Below, one piece after another: positions 60,965-64,000 of a stretch of 64,000 bases of DNA; position 1 is the stretch's first letter; each line of letters starts with the position of its first letter. The translations under genes and the position numbers were made by a program. Below the pieces are notes generated by a model. It ran no database searches, was not told the DNA's origin, and saw nothing but the letters and a program-made list of their open reading frames with translations. The DNA lies in NCBI GenBank assembly GCA_902492555.1, contig CABUMH010000001.1, forward strand, positions 40,960-104,959. The letters are read 5' to 3'. Origin of the DNA: an uncultured Eisenbergiella sp. (GTDB taxonomy: Bacteria; Bacillota; Clostridia; Lachnospirales; Lachnospiraceae).

Positions 60965-61485
60965 TCGTCTTCCCTTTCCTTTCTGACCCATCTCCCATCC
61001 CGCCAGATACATCCGGTCAGCAGGTTCCGGATTTCCGGGCAGTCCGGGGGATTGTCAAAGCACTCTTCTTTCAGGTACAGACAGATATATCCGGGATAAA
61101 AGGGTTCCAGCGCTGCTTCTGTCAGCCTTCGAAGCTTCTCCGCAAGCCGGTCGATCTCGTTGATATCCTGACGTTCATAGGCAGCAGCGGAAATCTCTGA
61201 CTGGATCCCCGATTCCTCGACCGCCCGGTAAACTGCGGCAGAAATCTCTTCGGCGTCACTTTTCAGGGGATAAAAACCATGAAATGCCGTTTCCGACACA
61301 TACTCCGTCAGCAGGGCGCCGATCTCCCGGGACAATGCTTCATAGCCTTTCCGGTATACCGTTTTCAACACCTGTCTGGGATACAGCTCCAGATTCCTGC
61401 GGAGCTTGTCCAGCCGTTCACACAGTATCTTTTTCAGTTCCACTCTCCGGCTTTCCCGCGTTATCCTGTTCTGTATCTCTTCCAT
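60961..61485 (-). CDS. hypothetical protein
   Basis: 174-aa ORF, translationally coupled to the downstream gene. Confidence 0.4.
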   Translation of the reverse strand: MEEIQNRITRESRRVELKKILCERLDKLRRNLELYPRQVLKTVYRKGYEALSREIGALLTEYVSETAFHGFYPLKSDAEEISAAVYRAVEESGIQSEISAAAYERQDINEIDRLAEKLRRLTEAALEPFYPGYICLYLKEECFDNPPDCPEIRNLLTGCIWRDGRWVRKEREDE

Positions 61486-61566
61486 ACTTCCACCTCCTTT
61501 CCTGAAGCATTGACTGTAAAATCCGGCATTGGATTTGCCTTCAATGATGATGGCCTGCAGCCCGTG

Positions 61567-64000
61567 TCAGGAAACAATCTCCTGTTTTCCCCACCGGATA
61601 CACAGCCGCCCTTCTTCATCTTCCTCTTTCCGCATCAGCATGGACATCAGATCATAGTCCACGCCAAATTTCTCATAGACAGAATCCATATCGGCATCTT
61701 CTCCCTTCATAAAGCGGTTCAGCTTTTCCTTGGCAAGGATCATCCGCATCAGGTTGGATTCCAACGTGCCGGCGTAGGTGATAAAATAGATTTCCTTCTG
61801 ATTTTCGGAGGTATACCGGATGAACCGGAAATAAAACTGGCTCATCTGCGCATTGTTGTAATGCAATTCCGGAATGATTACCTTGTCCACGAATTCAAAA
61901 TTGACGCTGGAAGGCAGGCTCTGCTGGGTGCATAAAAGGATCCCGTTCCGGCTCTCCTGAAGGGTCTGCTTCAGATTCCGCCTCTGCGCAAAGGACATCT
62001 CTCCCGTTACGATAAACAGCGGCCTCTCCGGCAGGTACATCCGGATGGCTTTTTCATAGGACTTCAATACCGCTTTATGCCGCACGCCGACCGCTACGAT
62101 CTCATCCTCCCAGCCGGCCGCAAGTTCCACGGCCGTCATTACCTTAACCGGGATATCCCCTTCGTACTCTTCCACTGTATCCGGCGCGGCGCTGATACGC
62201 AGCAGCAGTACGATCTGCTGGATCAGCTTCATCATGCTGTCCTTCCTGTAGTTTCCGGTGGAAGTAAAATACCGTTCCCACATGCTGTTAAACTCATCCA
62301 TGGCTTTCTGGTAAACCGCTCTTTCCTCCGGAGCCAGACGGATCGTATACTGGTGGATGTTTTCAATATCCTTTCCGGATACTTCGGCAAATGTGCGCGT
62401 AATTACTGTCTTATCCAGGATTTCCCGGAGCACATCCGCATTGTAAATATCCTGTGTCCACTGTTCCTGCCCAAATACGGTGATTTTGCAGGGCAGATGG
62501 CTTTCCGTGAACAGCTTATACCCTTTCTTATAGGCCGGGATCGGCATCCCATAATATGGATTCTCACTTTCGGACAACCCTGGTTCCCCATCCCTTTTTT
62601 TCGAATACTTATATAGAGTTGTTGGCCAAGAAAGCATGTTAACCGAATTGTTATACAGCAGTTCCAGCTGGGGGACGAATTCCCGGATGTTGTTCCGGGT
62701 GCTTGTCCCCGTCGTCAGAAGCTTCGCCCGGCAGCGCCGGAAGCACGCAAGCACCGCCTTTGTCCTCTGGCTGTCCGGATTTACTATCTCATCGCTCTCA
62801 TCCAGCACCAGCTGTATTTTCTGGCCATGCCGCCTCACCCATCTCTGAATCTGCTTTTTATATTTCACAACTGTATTCAGTGTCAGAAGGACAAAATCTC
62901 CCGGCCGGACTTTCTGCAGGTCTTTCAGCTTCCGCACAAATCTATGGGAAAGTCCATAAGATGGCAGGACCAGCATCCAGTTATTCCGGATGGAGATCGC
63001 GGAAGAAACCACCCAGGTACTGTGCATGTGCTGCTGCTCCATCCGGTACAGCCCTATGGCAATCCCGGCGAGGGTTTTCCCGCTTCCCTGCTCCCACTGC
63101 AGCATTTCGTACTTTTTCTGCAGCATCAGGTTGATGTCATGCCGCTGGATCTCATTCAGCCTGATCCATTCCATTTTTGTGCGGTCGAACAGGGTGAATT
63201 TCTCCAGCCATTTGGCGATCCGCTCTTCCTCTTTCATTTCCGCGAAAGGCGCTGACTGGCGGTCGTATTCCCTGCACTTCTTCCGAAGCAGTTTTGCATA
63301 TGGGGGAAATAAATCTGTCTGATGTTTAAAAACCATATGATAGAATGGATGATACTGTCCTCCGTTTATCCGGCAGTCCGGCTGATAAAGGCCGAAGTCA
63401 CGTTTGATTATTTCCTGACGTTCTTTGATCGGATTACAGTTTTGACTTTTTAAGATTTGTTTGAGACAGGCGAGTACATCTTCTTTTTTGATTTTCTTTT
63501 TTTCCCATTCCTGGTATTCCATACCGGGCGGCTTTTTCTGCTTCTTAAACTGCTGCAGATACGCCACACATTCCACATACCTTTTCCTGGTTGCTGGATG
63601 TATTTTGATCTGATAAAGATATTTCTGGGTCTGATAGATAAACGGATCTCCCGGATCCGCTGTTTCCAGGAAAATACTTGTCCGGTTCCTTTTCTGCCGT
63701 TCCCTGGCCGGCCGGAGATAATTTTCATAAAGCAGGCACGCTTCTTTCTTCAGGTCTGAATCTTCCTGGATGGTCCTTACGCTTTCCTGCGTATAAGAAC
63801 TTTCCGGCAGCTTCACCCTTTTGCTCTTCTTCTGCCAGAATTGCAGTTTGACCGCAAATTTTTCCACCCCATATCCGGAAAACATGGTTTCCGGAAGGTC
63901 CGCCTGGCAGAGAAAGGAATACCGTTCTTCCATCAGCCGGATCGCATCCTGATCCATAAAGGAATCCGCCAGAAAAGATTCCGGCACGATAACCGCCAGG
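61567..64000 (-). CDS. SNF2/DEAD-like SF2 helicase, N-terminus probably beyond the window edge
   Basis: motif I EQGSGKTLAG, motif II LVLDESDEI, motif III TGTSTRN, motif VI-like QFYFRFIRY; frame open to position 64000. Confidence 0.65.
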   Translation of the reverse strand, partial: LAVIVPESFLADSFMDQDAIRLMEERYSFLCQADLPETMFSGYGVEKFAVKLQFWQKKSKRVKLPESSYTQESVRTIQEDSDLKKEACLLYENYLRPARERQKRNRTSIFLETADPGDPFIYQTQKYLYQIKIHPATRKRYVECVAYLQQFKKQKKPPGMEYQEWEKKKIKKEDVLACLKQILKSQNCNPIKERQEIIKRDFGLYQPDCRINGGQYHPFYHMVFKHQTDLFPPYAKLLRKKCREYDRQSAPFAEMKEEERIAKWLEKFTLFDRTKMEWIRLNEIQRHDINLMLQKKYEMLQWEQGSGKTLAGIAIGLYRMEQQHMHSTWVVSSAISIRNNWMLVLPSYGLSHRFVRKLKDLQKVRPGDFVLLTLNTVVKYKKQIQRWVRRHGQKIQLVLDESDEIVNPDSQRTKAVLACFRRCRAKLLTTGTSTRNNIREFVPQLELLYNNSVNMLSWPTTLYKYSKKRDGEPGLSESENPYYGMPIPAYKKGYKLFTESHLPCKITVFGQEQWTQDIYNADVLREILDKTVITRTFAEVSGKDIENIHQYTIRLAPEERAVYQKAMDEFNSMWERYFTSTGNYRKDSMMKLIQQIVLLLRISAAPDTVEEYEGDIPVKVMTAVELAAGWEDEIVAVGVRHKAVLKSYEKAIRMYLPERPLFIVTGEMSFAQRRNLKQTLQESRNGILLCTQQSLPSSVNFEFVDKVIIPELHYNNAQMSQFYFRFIRYTSENQKEIYFITYAGTLESNLMRMILAKEKLNRFMKGEDADMDSVYEKFGVDYDLMSMLMRKEEDEEGRLCIRWGKQEIVS

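Noticed and set aside
1-64000. CRISPR arrays, rRNA, tmRNA
   Set aside because: No regularly spaced short direct repeats with unique spacers, no rRNA-like conserved stretches, and no tmRNA 5' partner for the tRNA-like fragment were seen by eye.

Overview
This 64 kb window looks like a mosaic mobile-element region from a Firmicutes (Clostridia-like) genome: plus-strand genes use GGAGG-type ribosome-binding sites, and three base-composition regimes alternate across the window (percentages are by-eye estimates). Positions 1-4400 (about 50% GC) carry host-like genes: a eukaryotic-type Ser/Thr kinase with an N-terminal zinc ribbon and two extracellular NPCBM-like repeats, and a paralogous zinc-ribbon / RsiV-like (DUF4163/DUF3298) membrane protein. 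At about 4493-4560 there is a tRNA 3'-half-like fragment (T-arm plus acceptor 3' strand, no matching 5' acceptor), a likely att remnant. A plasmid/CTn-like maintenance module follows (two paralogous double-HTH proteins, ParA, ParB-like, RepA_N-type initiator with iteron-like repeats inside its own coding sequence, and a long perfect inverted repeat downstream). Positions ~9.9-35.5 kb are a strongly AT-rich accessory island (about 30% GC) packed with defence-type genes: (i) a 4-gene minus-strand operon SLATT/DUF4231 2TM protein - 1110-aa HD + GHKL(HATPase_c) protein - 584-aa phosphoribosyltransferase-domain protein - 243-aa unknown, which I cannot match to any described defence system and rank as the most interesting candidate; (ii) a GC-rich truncated IS21-family insertion (istB intact, istA frameshifted and 5'-truncated); (iii) a DUF4143 ATPase; (iv) a 3-gene operon HD-domain protein - radical SAM/SPASM - DUF2284-like metal-binding protein (second candidate novel system); (v) decayed large serine recombinase genes; (vi) GT2 + GT4 glycosyltransferases; (vii) an Avs-like STAND NTPase with an Mrr-like PD-(D/E)xK N-terminus and a TPR-like C-terminus; (viii) a SIR2-family protein; (ix) a tyrosine recombinase at the island edge. 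Positions 36-64 kb (about 50% GC) resemble a conjugative-transposon/phage-like backbone (sigma-70 region-4 regulator, YqaJ-like exonuclease, RecD-like helicase, Zn-finger/Toprim primase, PcfJ-like protein, frameshifted PAPS-reductase, SNF2-like helicase) interleaved with more defence/repair cargo: an ABC-type AAA_21 ATPase + small overlapping Toprim/DUF4276-like gene (AbiL/PARIS-like), Ku + LigD ligase-domain (NHEJ), a Septu-like PtuA ATPase + PtuB HNH pair, and HEPN/MNT modules (one HEPN frameshifted). No CRISPR array or rRNA was seen. All calls rest on motif recognition in the supplied translations; no database search was run.
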